From the NCBI RefSeq assembly GCF_016127575.1, contig NZ_CP066019.1, positions 180,001 through 212,000 on the forward strand: a stretch of DNA of 32,000 bases. Direction: 5' to 3'. The notes beneath the pieces are model-generated. The model did not search any database. It had not been told where the DNA came from and saw nothing but the letters and a program-made list of their open reading frames with translations. A program made the translations under genes and the position numbers. This stretch comes from Cupriavidus necator. Lineage in GTDB: Bacteria > Pseudomonadota > Gammaproteobacteria > Burkholderiales > Burkholderiaceae. This document shows positions 1-9,159 of this stretch, in pieces. Each line of letters starts with the position of its first letter. Within the stretch, counting starts at the first letter, position 1.

Positions 1-1323
1 CTGGCGAAGAAGGTGCTGCCTGACCTGCAGCGCAGCATGTCGAGCGTGCACGAGAAGCTGCAGAAGTTCCAGATGACTGCCGGGCAGGCCAACTTCGATG
101 CTGCGCAGGCCAGCTTTGCGCGTATCCGCATGCTGTCGGTCGTGCTGATCGTGCTGGGCCTGGCGGTCGCGGTGCTGTGCACGGTCACGCTGAACCGCGC
201 CATCGTCGCGCCGGTGGCAGAGGCGCTGGCTGTGTTCGAGCGCATCGCCCGCGGCGACCTGACCTCGCGCATCGCCAGCGTCTCGAAGAACGAGATCGGC
301 CGCATGATGCAGGCGCTGGCCGCGATGCAGGCCAGCCTGTCGGGCATCGTTGCCGAAGTGCGCACCGGCGCCGATTCGATGGCATCGGCCACGCAGCAGA
401 TTTCCACCGGCAACCTGGACCTGTCGCAGCGCACCGAGGAACAGGCCTCGTCGCTGGAGCAGACCGCCGCCAGCATGGAAGAGCTGACCACGGTGGTGCG
501 GCAGAATGCCGACAACGCGCGCCAGGCCGGCGTGCTGGCCAATGAGGCTTCGCAGATCGCGCTCAAGGGCGGCGACGTGGTGGGCCGCGTGGTCGACACC
601 ATGAACGAGATCAACGGCGCCTCGCGCAAGGTGGTCGAGATCATCAGCGTGATCGAGGGCATTGCCTTCCAGACCAATATCCTGGCGCTCAATGCAGCGG
701 TGGAAGCCGCGCGTGCCGGCGAGCAGGGCCGCGGCTTCGCGGTGGTGGCGGGCGAGGTGCGCAGCCTGGCGCAGCGCTCGGCCTCGGCCGCCAAGGAGAT
801 CGAGGCGCTGATCGGCGAGTCGGGCCAGCGCGTGGAGAGCGGTACCCGGTTGGTGGCAGAAGCCGGCCAGACCATGGGCGAGATCGTCCAGGCCGTGCGC
901 CGCGTGACTGACATCATGAACGAGATCGGCGCCGCGTCGCAGGAACAGACCAGCGGCATCGAGCAGGTCAACCAGGCGGTGACCCAGATGGACGAGGTGA
1001 CGCAGCAGAATGCCGCGCTGGTGGAAGAGGCCGCCGCCGCAGCCGGTGCGCTGGAAGAACAGGCGCAGAAGCTCAAGAACGTGGTCTCGGTGTTCAACCT
1101 TGGCACGGGTACGGGAGTAGGGGCAGGCACGGCCGCGACGGCTGTCGCTGGCAGCACCGCACGCACCATGTCGGTGCGGCCGGCGGCAGCCGCGGCGCAT
1201 TCGGCAACCGCGGCGCCGCGTGCCGTTGCTGCCCGCCCGGCCGCGGCGCTTCCGGCAAGCCGTCCGGCGGCGAGGCCCGTGCTGGCCGTTGCCGGGGCCG
1301 ATGATGACTGGAGCGCGTTCTAA
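1..1323 (+). CDS. Methyl-accepting chemotaxis protein, 5'-truncated by the window edge
   Basis: Frame 1 is open from base 1; the Met at 13 in the ORF track is internal. The translation has a TM segment ([19 protein letters not shown]), a HAMP-like segment and the conserved MCP hairpin tip [40 protein letters not shown]. It ends in an Ala/Pro-rich tail and DWSAF*, which fits the xWxxF CheR/CheB docking pentapeptide. Confidence 0.9.
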   Translation: MAKKVLPDLQRSMSSVHEKLQKFQMTAGQANFDAAQASFARIRMLSVVLIVLGLAVAVLCTVTLNRAIVAPVAEALAVFERIARGDLTSRIASVSKNEIGRMMQALAAMQASLSGIVAEVRTGADSMASATQQISTGNLDLSQRTEEQASSLEQTAASMEELTTVVRQNADNARQAGVLANEASQIALKGGDVVGRVVDTMNEINGASRKVVEIISVIEGIAFQTNILALNAAVEAARAGEQGRGFAVVAGEVRSLAQRSASAAKEIEALIGESGQRVESGTRLVAEAGQTMGEIVQAVRRVTDIMNEIGAASQEQTSGIEQVNQAVTQMDEVTQQNAALVEEAAAAAGALEEQAQKLKNVVSVFNLGTGTGVGAGTAATAVAGSTARTMSVRPAAAAAHSATAAPRAVAARPAAALPASRPAARPVLAVAGADDDWSAF

Positions 1324-1376
1324 ACCACTGTCCCCACCATTGCCCTGTTCACACGGCGACCGCAAGATGCCATGAT

Positions 1377-1392
1377 GCGGGGTTTGCCCCGC
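1377..1392 (+). terminator. Candidate hairpin terminator downstream of the first MCP gene
   Basis: GCGGGG-TTTG-CCCCGC (6-bp GC stem, 4-nt loop) lies 54 nt after the stop codon and is followed by a T/C-rich stretch with no clean U-run. Confidence 0.3.
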
Positions 1393-1436
1393 GTCCTGAC
1401 CTTCTTCGCGCATTCTCTTCATCATCGCGCAGCCCA

Positions 1437-3404
1437 ATGATTGCCCTGAGTTCCATCCTGTTGCTGCTGGCTGCCCTGCTGGGCGTGGCCGCCGCCCTCG
1501 GCGTTCGCGCCGGGCGTGCGGACCAGTCAGCCGGTGGCCGCTCGCTGCGCATGCTGACCTGGTCGGCGGCACTGTTATCGCAGCTGAGCGTAAGCCTGCC
1601 CGTACTGGTGGTGATGCTGTCGGGCAGCGTGCCGGCGGCCAACGACACGGCACAGATGGCGGCCAGCTTCGCCGCCGCCGCAGCAGCCACCGCGGCTGCC
1701 AAGCTGCTGGTGCAGTGGCTGCGCCAGGGCACGCGGCTGTGGCGCGGTGCGGCGCTCATGGCGGTCGTCGCTGGCGCCGGGCTGGTGGCCGCGGCCGGCA
1801 CCCACCTGGGCCGCGCCTGTGGCGCGGGCTCGGTCTCGGCGCGCGCCTGCATCGATGCAGCCGGCCTGCCGCACCCCGCCTGGCTGGCGGGCGGGCTGAC
1901 CGCGCTGTGCGCGCTGATGTTCGCCGTCCACCGCGCGCAGTCGCGTGGCTTGCTGGCTGCGCACCACGAAGCCGGCCTGGCCGATGAGCTGGTGGACGAG
2001 GCGCACGGCCTGCCGCGCGGGCACGAGCCCCGCCTGGCGCGGCGCGGCGCGCGCATTCCCGGCCGCCCCGGCCGTCTTACCGTGCGTGCCGCAGCGCGCG
2101 GGCAGGGCACGGTGGGCGAGTACAGCGTGGCAACGACGATGCCCGACCGCGTCGCCTTCGGCCGCTGGCTGGACCAGACGATCGCGCAGGCGCGGCTGGC
2201 CGAGAGCGGCTGCGCCGTGTTGCTGATCCATATTGCCGATTACCGCGAAGTCGACGAGGTCTTCGAGATCCGCGCCGACGATATCCTGGCCCAGGACGCC
2301 GGCGCGCTGGCGCAGGCCGTGCTGGAGCCGCATGACTTCCTGGCCCGGCTGGCGCGCGACGAGTTTGCCGTGGGCGTGCCGGAGCTGGTCCATCATGGCC
2401 GCGCGCAGGAACTGGGTTCGCGCATGCTCGGCTCGCTGGCCGAGTTCATCGCCGCGCGCGGCTTGCAGATGCAGATCGGCGTGAACATCGGCATTGCCAT
2501 CTACCCGCGCGATGCGCAGACCTCGGAGGCGCTGATGCAGGCCGCGCGCGTCAGCCTGGCCGAGGCCCGCCAGAGCGGCTCGAACCAGGTGCGCCTGTTC
2601 AACAGCGCCGCCGGCGAACGCGCGCGCCGCACCCGCGTGATCCGGCGCGACCTGTGGCTGGCGATCCAGGACGACGCACTGTCGCTGCAGTTCCAGCCCA
2701 AGTACGATGCGCGCCGGCGCACGCTGGTGGGGGCCGAAGCGCTATGCCGCTGGCGCCATCCCGCGCTGGGCCAGGTGAGCCCGGCCGAGTTCATCACCGT
2801 GGCCGAGCAGTCGGGCCAGATCGACAAGCTCGACGACTGGGTCCTGACCAGCGTCTGCCGCCAGGTGCGCCAGTGGCGGGACGCCGGCGTGCCCACCGTG
2901 CCGGTGGCGATCAATGTCTCGGGGCTGCGCTTTGCCAGCCGCAATTTCCCGCAATACCTGCTCGAGCAGATCCACCAGCACGACATCCCGCCCTCGGCGA
3001 TCACGCTGGAGATCACCGAGACCGCGGCGATGAAGGACATCGGCAAGTCGCTGGAAACGCTGGCCGAGCTGCAGTCGCTCGGCATCCAGGTGGCGCTGGA
3101 CGATTTTGGCAGTGGCTATTCCAGCCTGGGCTATCTCAAGCGCCTGCGCGTGGGCACGCTCAAGATCGACCGCACCCTGATCGGCGGGCTCGACACCGAT
3201 GCGCAGGGCCGTGCCATCGTCGGCTCGATGGTGGCGCTGGCGCACGAACTGCGCATGAAGGTGGTGGCCGAGGGCGTTGAATCGGCATCGCAGCTGGAAA
3301 TCCTCAATGAGATGGGGTGCGACGAGGTGCAGGGTTACCTGCTGTCGCTGCCGCTGGATGCTGCCGGTTTTGCCGATGCCTTGCGCGAGCAGGGCGGCGC
3401 CTGA
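1437..3404 (+). CDS. Membrane-anchored degenerate-GGDEF / intact-EAL protein (predicted c-di-GMP phosphodiesterase)
   Basis: The N-terminal ~200 aa are hydrophobic (several TM segments). The GGDEF-domain signature reads ARDEF (2352-2366) instead of GG(D/E)EF. The EAL domain keeps the catalytic blocks EAL (2736-2744), NVS, EITE, DDFGSGYSS, KIDR, EGVE and QGY. The start codon is the first ATG of the ORF and is not otherwise verified. Confidence 0.85.
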   Translation: MIALSSILLLLAALLGVAAALGVRAGRADQSAGGRSLRMLTWSAALLSQLSVSLPVLVVMLSGSVPAANDTAQMAASFAAAAAATAAAKLLVQWLRQGTRLWRGAALMAVVAGAGLVAAAGTHLGRACGAGSVSARACIDAAGLPHPAWLAGGLTALCALMFAVHRAQSRGLLAAHHEAGLADELVDEAHGLPRGHEPRLARRGARIPGRPGRLTVRAAARGQGTVGEYSVATTMPDRVAFGRWLDQTIAQARLAESGCAVLLIHIADYREVDEVFEIRADDILAQDAGALAQAVLEPHDFLARLARDEFAVGVPELVHHGRAQELGSRMLGSLAEFIAARGLQMQIGVNIGIAIYPRDAQTSEALMQAARVSLAEARQSGSNQVRLFNSAAGERARRTRVIRRDLWLAIQDDALSLQFQPKYDARRRTLVGAEALCRWRHPALGQVSPAEFITVAEQSGQIDKLDDWVLTSVCRQVRQWRDAGVPTVPVAINVSGLRFASRNFPQYLLEQIHQHDIPPSAITLEITETAAMKDIGKSLETLAELQSLGIQVALDDFGSGYSSLGYLKRLRVGTLKIDRTLIGGLDTDAQGRAIVGSMVALAHELRMKVVAEGVESASQLEILNEMGCDEVQGYLLSLPLDAAGFADALREQGGA

Positions 3405-3408
3405 CGGC

Positions 3409-3436
3409 TAAAGTTTGTCCGTGACGCGGCCGATAA
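3409..3436 (+). promoter_or_regulatory. sigma28 (FliA)-type class III flagellar promoter
   Basis: TAAAGTTT (3409-3416), a 12-nt spacer, then GCCGATAA (3429-3436). The enterobacterial FliA consensus is TAAAGTTT-N11-GCCGATAA. It lies 5 nt after the stop of the upstream gene and about 120 nt before the receiver gene ATG at 3558. Confidence 0.55.
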
Positions 3437-3557
3437 CCGGTCTGGCAGGCTGCCAGCGTTTGCGGCGCAGCCCTGCGCCGGCCCGTCCGTCGCCGGCTGC
3501 GCTGCCCGTGCTGTCCATCCTGGCGGATCAACCGAGTCCTGCAAACCGGAGGCGCCC

Positions 3558-3950
3558 ATGTCATCGCCCAGCATCCTCGTCGTCGACGATTCCCCTTCGC
3601 TCCGTCGCATGATCGGCGCCTGCCTGCGCGCAGGAGGGTTTGACGTGACCGAGGCGGCCGACGGCGACCAGGCACATGCGCTCGCGGCCGGCGCCAGCTT
3701 CGGCATGCTGGTCACGGACCAGGTCATGCCCGGCATGGATGGCCTCACGCTGATCCGCAGTCTGCGCGCCACTGAGCGCTATGCGTGCATTCCCATCCTG
3801 ATGCTGACCACCGAGCAGGACGGCAGCATCCGCGAACAGGCCCGCGCCGCCGGCGCCTCGGGTTTCCTGCCCAAGCCCTTCGATCCTGACCAGCTGATGC
3901 GGGCCGTGACGGCGCTGCTGTCCACCGCGCACCCTACCTCGGAAGGGTAA
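3558..3950 (+). CDS. Stand-alone CheY-like response regulator receiver protein
   Basis: The 130-aa translation has receiver-domain landmarks: ILVVDDS, the phospho-acceptor context LVTDQVMPGMDG, LMLTT and PKPF. GGAGG lies 6-7 nt upstream of the ATG. Confidence 0.85.
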   Translation: MSSPSILVVDDSPSLRRMIGACLRAGGFDVTEAADGDQAHALAAGASFGMLVTDQVMPGMDGLTLIRSLRATERYACIPILMLTTEQDGSIREQARAAGASGFLPKPFDPDQLMRAVTALLSTAHPTSEG

Positions 3951-4091
3951 GGAAAGCCGGGCGTCGCCCTTCAGTCCCCCGGATTGCTGCCGTAAACACT
4001 GGTGGGCGAAGTCATGCCCCGGTGCCAGCCAGCGGCCTTGGCCGCAGCAGCGCCAGCAAACCAGCATGAGCCAATTTTCGGGGGCTAGACG

Positions 4092-4568
4092 ATGAAGCAC
4101 ATCGACAAGGCAGACGGCGCGGGCGAAGAGTTCCTGGCCTTTACGCTGGGCCGGGAAGAATACGGCGTCGACATCCTGAAGGTCCAGGAGATCCGCGGCT
4201 ACGAGTCGGTCACCCAGCTTGCCAACGCACCGGACTACATCAAGGGCGTGATCAACCTGCGCGGCATCATCGTGCCGATCATCGACCTGCGCATCAAGTT
4301 CCGCCAGCAGAACGTCAGCTACGACCAGTACACGGTCGTCATCATCGTAGACCTCAACGACCGCACCACCGGCATCGTGGTCGATGGCGTGTCCGACGTG
4401 CTGACCCTTGCAGCCGAGCAGATCAAGCCCACGCCGCATTTCTCCGGCGAACTGGCGACCGACTACATCCGCGGGCTGGGCTCGGTCGAGCAGCGCATGC
4501 TGATCCTGGTCGACATCGAGAAGCTGCTCAACACCGAAGAACTCGCCGCGCTCGAAGCGGTGGCGTGA
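4092..4568 (+). CDS. cheW: CheW coupling protein (copy 1)
   Basis: The 158-aa translation contains [26 protein letters not shown]...[14 protein letters not shown]...[11 protein letters not shown], a typical CheW-like domain. It is similar but not identical to the second CheW at 14526. Confidence 0.9.
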   Translation: MKHIDKADGAGEEFLAFTLGREEYGVDILKVQEIRGYESVTQLANAPDYIKGVINLRGIIVPIIDLRIKFRQQNVSYDQYTVVIIVDLNDRTTGIVVDGVSDVLTLAAEQIKPTPHFSGELATDYIRGLGSVEQRMLILVDIEKLLNTEELAALEAVA

Positions 4569-4672
4569 TCCCGCGGCAGCGCCAACGTTGTCCGGCCGGC
4601 GCCCCGCCTGCCGGACCGAACCCGCCCGGGGTGCAGCAACTTGCCGCGCCCGGGCCTGCAGTACTGTCATAG

Positions 4673-6322
4673 ATGCGAAACAACCAACCCGTTACGCAGC
4701 GCGAATACAAGCTCTCCCCATCGGACTACCTGATCTCGCGCACGGACCTCAAAGGCCGGATCACCTTTGCCAACCGCACCTTTATCGAGGCAAGCGGCTT
4801 TGCGGCCGAGGAGCTGCTCGGTGCGGCGCACAACCTGGTGCGCCATCCCGACATGCCGCCGGAAGCGTTTGCCGACCTGTGGCAGGACCTGCAGGCCGGC
4901 CGCACCTGGATGGGCGTGGTCAAGAACCGCCGCAAGAACGGCGACTTTTACTGGGTCAACGCGACCGTGACGCCCACGCGCGTCGATGGCCGCGTGGTCG
5001 GCTACACCTCGGTGCGCTCGATGGCGACGCGCGAGCAGGTGGAAGCCGCCGGCGCTGCCTATGCACGATTCCGGACCGGCCGCGCGGACGGGCTGGCGAT
5101 CCGCCACGGCGCCGTGGTCCGCACCGGGCTGCGCGGCCTGGTGCAGGGTCTGCTGCACCTGAACCTGAAGCGCCGCATCCTGTGGGCGCAGGCCGGCGGG
5201 ATGGTGTGGTTCCTGGCCGCACTGGTTGCGGTGGAAGCCCTGGGCGGCGCAGGCGTGGCCGCGGTGCGCCCGTGGCTGTGGGGCGGCTTTGCGCTGGCGC
5301 TGGCATCGTCGTTCGCGGCAGGCACCATGCTGCTGGCGCGCGTGCACCGTCCGGTGCGCCACATGCTGGACTTTGCGCTGCGCATGGGCGCGGGTGACCT
5401 GACCACGCGCTTCGAGCACCGCAGCGCCGACGAGATCGGCGCGCTGGCGCAGGCCATGCAGACCATGCAGCGCAGCCTGCAGTCGGTGGTGCACGAGATC
5501 CAGGAAGGCATGGCCAGCATCTCCACGGCAACGCGCCAGGTGGCCGCGGGCAACAATGACCTGTCGCAACGCACCGAGCAGCAGGCGGCAGCCCTGGAGC
5601 AGACGGCGTCGAGCATGGAAGAGCTGACCAGCACGGTGCGCCAGAACGCGGACAACGCGCGCCAGGCCAGCGGGCTGGCGGCGAACGCGTCGGAGACAGC
5701 GCTGCGCGGCGGCGAAGTGGTGGGCCGGGTGGTGCAGACCATGGACGAGATCAACGATGCCTCGAAGAAGATCGTCGACATCATCGGCGTGATCGAAGGC
5801 ATCGCCTTCCAGACCAACATCCTGGCGCTGAACGCGGCGGTGGAAGCGGCGCGCGCCGGCGAGCAGGGCCGCGGCTTCGCGGTGGTGGCGGGCGAGGTGC
5901 GCAGCCTGGCGCAGCGTAGCGCCAACGCGGCCAAGGAGATCAAGGGGCTGATCGGCGATACGGTGGAGCGCGTGGACAACGGCTCGGCGCTGGTGGGCCA
6001 GGCGGGCAAGACCATGGAAGAGATCGTGCAGGCGGTCAAGCGCGTGACCGACATCATGGGCGAGATCAGCGCGGCGTCGGCCGAGCAGAGCGCGGGCATC
6101 GAGCAGGTCAACCAGGCCGTGGCGCAGATGGACGAGGGCACGCAGCAGAACGCGGCGCTGGTGGAAGAAGCCGCCGCCGCCGCCGGCTCGCTCGAAGAGC
6201 AGGCCATGCGCCTGCGCGACGCCATCGCCACGTTCCGCGTCAGCATGCAGGCCGAGGTGCGTCCGCAGCGCCTGCCGGCCCATGCGCGTGCCGATGCGGC
6301 CCAGTCACTGGCACAGGCCTAG
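4673..6322 (+). CDS. aer: Aer-like PAS-domain aerotaxis/energy-taxis receptor (MCP)
   Basis: The N-terminus [43 protein letters not shown]...[43 protein letters not shown] is colinear with the E. coli Aer PAS domain (...HNMVRHPDMPKAAFADMW...[15 protein letters not shown]). A membrane anchor, HAMP and MCP signalling domain follow. There is no C-terminal xWxxF motif. Confidence 0.9.
   Translation: MRNNQPVTQREYKLSPSDYLISRTDLKGRITFANRTFIEASGFAAEELLGAAHNLVRHPDMPPEAFADLWQDLQAGRTWMGVVKNRRKNGDFYWVNATVTPTRVDGRVVGYTSVRSMATREQVEAAGAAYARFRTGRADGLAIRHGAVVRTGLRGLVQGLLHLNLKRRILWAQAGGMVWFLAALVAVEALGGAGVAAVRPWLWGGFALALASSFAAGTMLLARVHRPVRHMLDFALRMGAGDLTTRFEHRSADEIGALAQAMQTMQRSLQSVVHEIQEGMASISTATRQVAAGNNDLSQRTEQQAAALEQTASSMEELTSTVRQNADNARQASGLAANASETALRGGEVVGRVVQTMDEINDASKKIVDIIGVIEGIAFQTNILALNAAVEAARAGEQGRGFAVVAGEVRSLAQRSANAAKEIKGLIGDTVERVDNGSALVGQAGKTMEEIVQAVKRVTDIMGEISAASAEQSAGIEQVNQAVAQMDEGTQQNAALVEEAAAAAGSLEEQAMRLRDAIATFRVSMQAEVRPQRLPAHARADAAQSLAQA
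5543..6183 (+). repeat. Copy 1 of a 641-bp perfect direct repeat (MCP signalling domain)
   Basis: It appears identical to 7291-7931 (offset 1748 bp). The boundaries were read base by base. In the interior, the + frame and two - frames in the ORF track give identical peptides in both copies. Confidence 0.9.
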
Positions 6323-6423
6323 TCCGAATCAAAGACGAGGCAGGCGCGGAGCACCGGCCTGCATGCGTACAAAACGGGTGCGGCACGCCGCGCCCGAGGC
6401 TTCAGTTACAAGGGGGAGTTGCT

Positions 6424-8283
6424 ATGCATTGGTTCAATCAATTGCGCGTCACGACCAGGCTGGTTGCCGGATTCCTGGTCGTTGCCGTGATCGGCGCCGT
6501 GATGGGGCTGCTGGGTGTGGTCAACATGGGGCGCATGGCCGACTGGACCGGCAAGATCTACAACGGCGACCTGCAGGCGCTGAAGGCCGTGCAGGACGCC
6601 AATATCAACCTGGTCTATGCCAGCCGCGCGCAGATCGGGCTGCTGTCGGCATCGACCATGGGCGAGCGGGCGGCCGAGAAGGAGCAGATCGTGAAGTCGC
6701 TCGGCGCCATGGACGAGCGCATCCGCCAGGTCGCTGGCGCTTTCGAGAAGGCCGAGGGCAAGGCACTGGTCAAGCAGTACCAGGAGCTGTCGCCGGCGTT
6801 CCGCGCGCGCATGGAGAAGTACGTCGAACTGATCAGCAAGCAGCCGCTGGATACCTCGCAGTTTGAAAGCCAGGTGTTTTCCGAGAGCGCCGAGCTGCTC
6901 AAGGACAGCCATGCGCTGGAAGCGGTGATGTTCCAGATGGTCAAGCGCCGCGACGACCGCGCCCGCAACAACATGGAAGAAGCGCGCAGCGTTTACGACG
7001 CGACGCGCCTGTGGATGCTGGGCCTGGTGCTGGGCGGCGTGGCGTTGTCGGTGCTGCTGGGCGTGCTGCTGGCGCGGGCGCTGTCGCGCCAGCTGGGCGG
7101 CGAGCCGGGCTATGCCGCCGCGATTGCCGCGCGCATTGCCGAAGGCGACTTCTCCGCACCGGTGGCCACGCGCGCAGGCGACAAGGGCAGCCTGGTCTAT
7201 GCGATGCAGCAGATGCAGCAGCAGCTGTCGCGCATGGTGCGCGATTTCAAGGTGTCGGCCGAATCCATCGGCAGCGCCTCGCGTGAAATCGCCGCGGGCA
7301 ACAATGACCTGTCGCAACGCACCGAGCAGCAGGCGGCAGCCCTGGAGCAGACGGCGTCGAGCATGGAAGAGCTGACCAGCACGGTGCGCCAGAACGCGGA
7401 CAACGCGCGCCAGGCCAGCGGGCTGGCGGCGAACGCGTCGGAGACAGCGCTGCGCGGCGGCGAAGTGGTGGGCCGGGTGGTGCAGACCATGGACGAGATC
7501 AACGATGCCTCGAAGAAGATCGTCGACATCATCGGCGTGATCGAAGGCATCGCCTTCCAGACCAACATCCTGGCGCTGAACGCGGCGGTGGAAGCGGCGC
7601 GCGCCGGCGAGCAGGGCCGCGGCTTCGCGGTGGTGGCGGGCGAGGTGCGCAGCCTGGCGCAGCGTAGCGCCAACGCGGCCAAGGAGATCAAGGGGCTGAT
7701 CGGCGATACGGTGGAGCGCGTGGACAACGGCTCGGCGCTGGTGGGCCAGGCGGGCAAGACCATGGAAGAGATCGTGCAGGCGGTCAAGCGCGTGACCGAC
7801 ATCATGGGCGAGATCAGCGCGGCGTCGGCCGAGCAGAGCGCGGGCATCGAGCAGGTCAACCAGGCCGTGGCGCAGATGGACGAGGGCACGCAGCAGAACG
7901 CGGCGCTGGTGGAAGAAGCCGCCGCCGCCGCAGGCGCGCTGGAAGAGCAGGCCAGCCGGCTGCAGGGGGCCGTGGCGACGTTCCGCCTGGCGGCCGAGGA
8001 TGCCCGCGCGGATTCGTTCGTGGCCCACTCGCTGCCTGCGGCGACGGCAGTGCCGGCCAAGGTGTCTCGTGCCGCCGGCGCGGTGCGCGCCATCGCTGCC
8101 GGCAAGCGGGTCGCCAAGGCCCTGCCCGCCAGCACGAAGGCCGCGGCTTTGCCTGCGGCGGACCATGCCGCCGCAGCCGAGGCGGCAGATGCCGTCGCCA
8201 CGCAGCCGGCGCGGCTGGTCGCAGGCAGAGCCTCGCGGCCCGCGCTGGCAGCCGCCGACAACGGCGACTGGAGTGCGTTCTGA
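6424..8283 (+). CDS. Methyl-accepting chemotaxis protein with a periplasmic helical-bundle sensor and C-terminal DWSAF tether
   Basis: GGGGAG lies 6 nt upstream of the ATG. The translation has an N-terminal TM, a ~170-aa periplasmic helical region, TM2, HAMP, the MCP signalling domain, a ~90-aa Ala/Pro-rich tail and a terminal NGDWSAF*. Confidence 0.9.
   Translation: MHWFNQLRVTTRLVAGFLVVAVIGAVMGLLGVVNMGRMADWTGKIYNGDLQALKAVQDANINLVYASRAQIGLLSASTMGERAAEKEQIVKSLGAMDERIRQVAGAFEKAEGKALVKQYQELSPAFRARMEKYVELISKQPLDTSQFESQVFSESAELLKDSHALEAVMFQMVKRRDDRARNNMEEARSVYDATRLWMLGLVLGGVALSVLLGVLLARALSRQLGGEPGYAAAIAARIAEGDFSAPVATRAGDKGSLVYAMQQMQQQLSRMVRDFKVSAESIGSASREIAAGNNDLSQRTEQQAAALEQTASSMEELTSTVRQNADNARQASGLAANASETALRGGEVVGRVVQTMDEINDASKKIVDIIGVIEGIAFQTNILALNAAVEAARAGEQGRGFAVVAGEVRSLAQRSANAAKEIKGLIGDTVERVDNGSALVGQAGKTMEEIVQAVKRVTDIMGEISAASAEQSAGIEQVNQAVAQMDEGTQQNAALVEEAAAAAGALEEQASRLQGAVATFRLAAEDARADSFVAHSLPAATAVPAKVSRAAGAVRAIAAGKRVAKALPASTKAAALPAADHAAAAEAADAVATQPARLVAGRASRPALAAADNGDWSAF
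7291..7931 (+). repeat. Copy 2 of the 641-bp perfect direct repeat (MCP signalling domain)
   Basis: See 5543-6183. The flanking bases differ on both sides (5542 g vs 7290 c; 6184 c vs 7932 a). Confidence 0.9.
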
Positions 8284-8327
8284 TCCCCACTGGCAACGGG
8301 CCGCGCGGCGTCCCGGATGGCAAGGCT

Positions 8328-9062
8328 ATGACGACCGAGATCAACCTGGCTCTGCCGCATGACGATGCGGCCCGTCTGCGCAAGGAATTCGAGCAGTTCG
8401 TCGGGGTCTCGAGCGGCCTGGACCGCGAGTTCCTGCCGCCCGATTTCCAGGAATTCCTGCGCGCGCGGCTGCTGCAGCATGACGGCCCGCTCACCGAGCG
8501 CGCGGTCTCGCGGCTGCTGTCCGGCGGTGAATACGGCTGGGCCCGCCGCGTGTTCGACAAGCAGTTGCCCAATGCGCTGGCGGCGCTGATGCGCGATGCC
8601 CGGCGCTTTGGCTTCGGGCTGGCGGTGCAGCCGGACTGGACGCCGGACCAGCGCCTGGCGCATGCGCGCGAATGGGCGGCGCAGGTGCTGTCGGAATGCG
8701 GCGCCGATGCTGCCTTCACCGAGGCGCTCGCCACGCAGGTGGCGGCTTCCGCGGAAGACGTGCGGGTACTGGAAGAGCGCATGCGCACGCCCGCATGGCG
8801 CCTGGCCGAAAGCCTGCGCCAGCGCGCCTATGAGCTGATGTACGCGCTGCAGACCGAAGACAGCGAAGCCGCTGGCCGCGCACGTGTGGGCGAGCTGCGC
8901 GGCATGCTGGGCCTCGCCCTGGAGTACGGCTCGGTGCGGCCGGAAGAAGCCTCGCGCGTGCTGGAGCAGGTGGAGCGCATGCGCCCGGCGCTGTTCCGCG
9001 AAGCGCCCGACGATGTGTTCGACCGGTTGGCGGCATGGCTGCGGCGCATGTTCGGGCACTGA
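8328..9062 (+). CDS. Hypothetical protein (244 aa), last gene before the flhDC control region
   Basis: The ORF shows strong third-position G/C bias like its neighbours. The product is acidic, looks all-helical, and has no TM or signal peptide. I recognise no family motif. The SD is weak (AAGG). Confidence 0.7.
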   Translation: MTTEINLALPHDDAARLRKEFEQFVGVSSGLDREFLPPDFQEFLRARLLQHDGPLTERAVSRLLSGGEYGWARRVFDKQLPNALAALMRDARRFGFGLAVQPDWTPDQRLAHAREWAAQVLSECGADAAFTEALATQVAASAEDVRVLEERMRTPAWRLAESLRQRAYELMYALQTEDSEAAGRARVGELRGMLGLALEYGSVRPEEASRVLEQVERMRPALFREAPDDVFDRLAAWLRRMFGH

Positions 9063-9159
9063 GGGCGCGGTCGGAATCCGGCCCCGCTGCCTCCGGCCAT
9101 GAATTTCGTACAGGGATGACGGACAGTGTCTGCGTGCTGAACGCCACATGCGGCACTCG

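Noticed and set aside
3443-3457. sigma54-like GG-N10-GC spacing within TGGCAGGCTGCCAGC.
   Set aside because: The -12 element is CAGC rather than TTGC, and the same bases form a perfect palindrome. The adjacent sigma28 consensus is far stronger, so this is treated as a coincidence of the palindrome.
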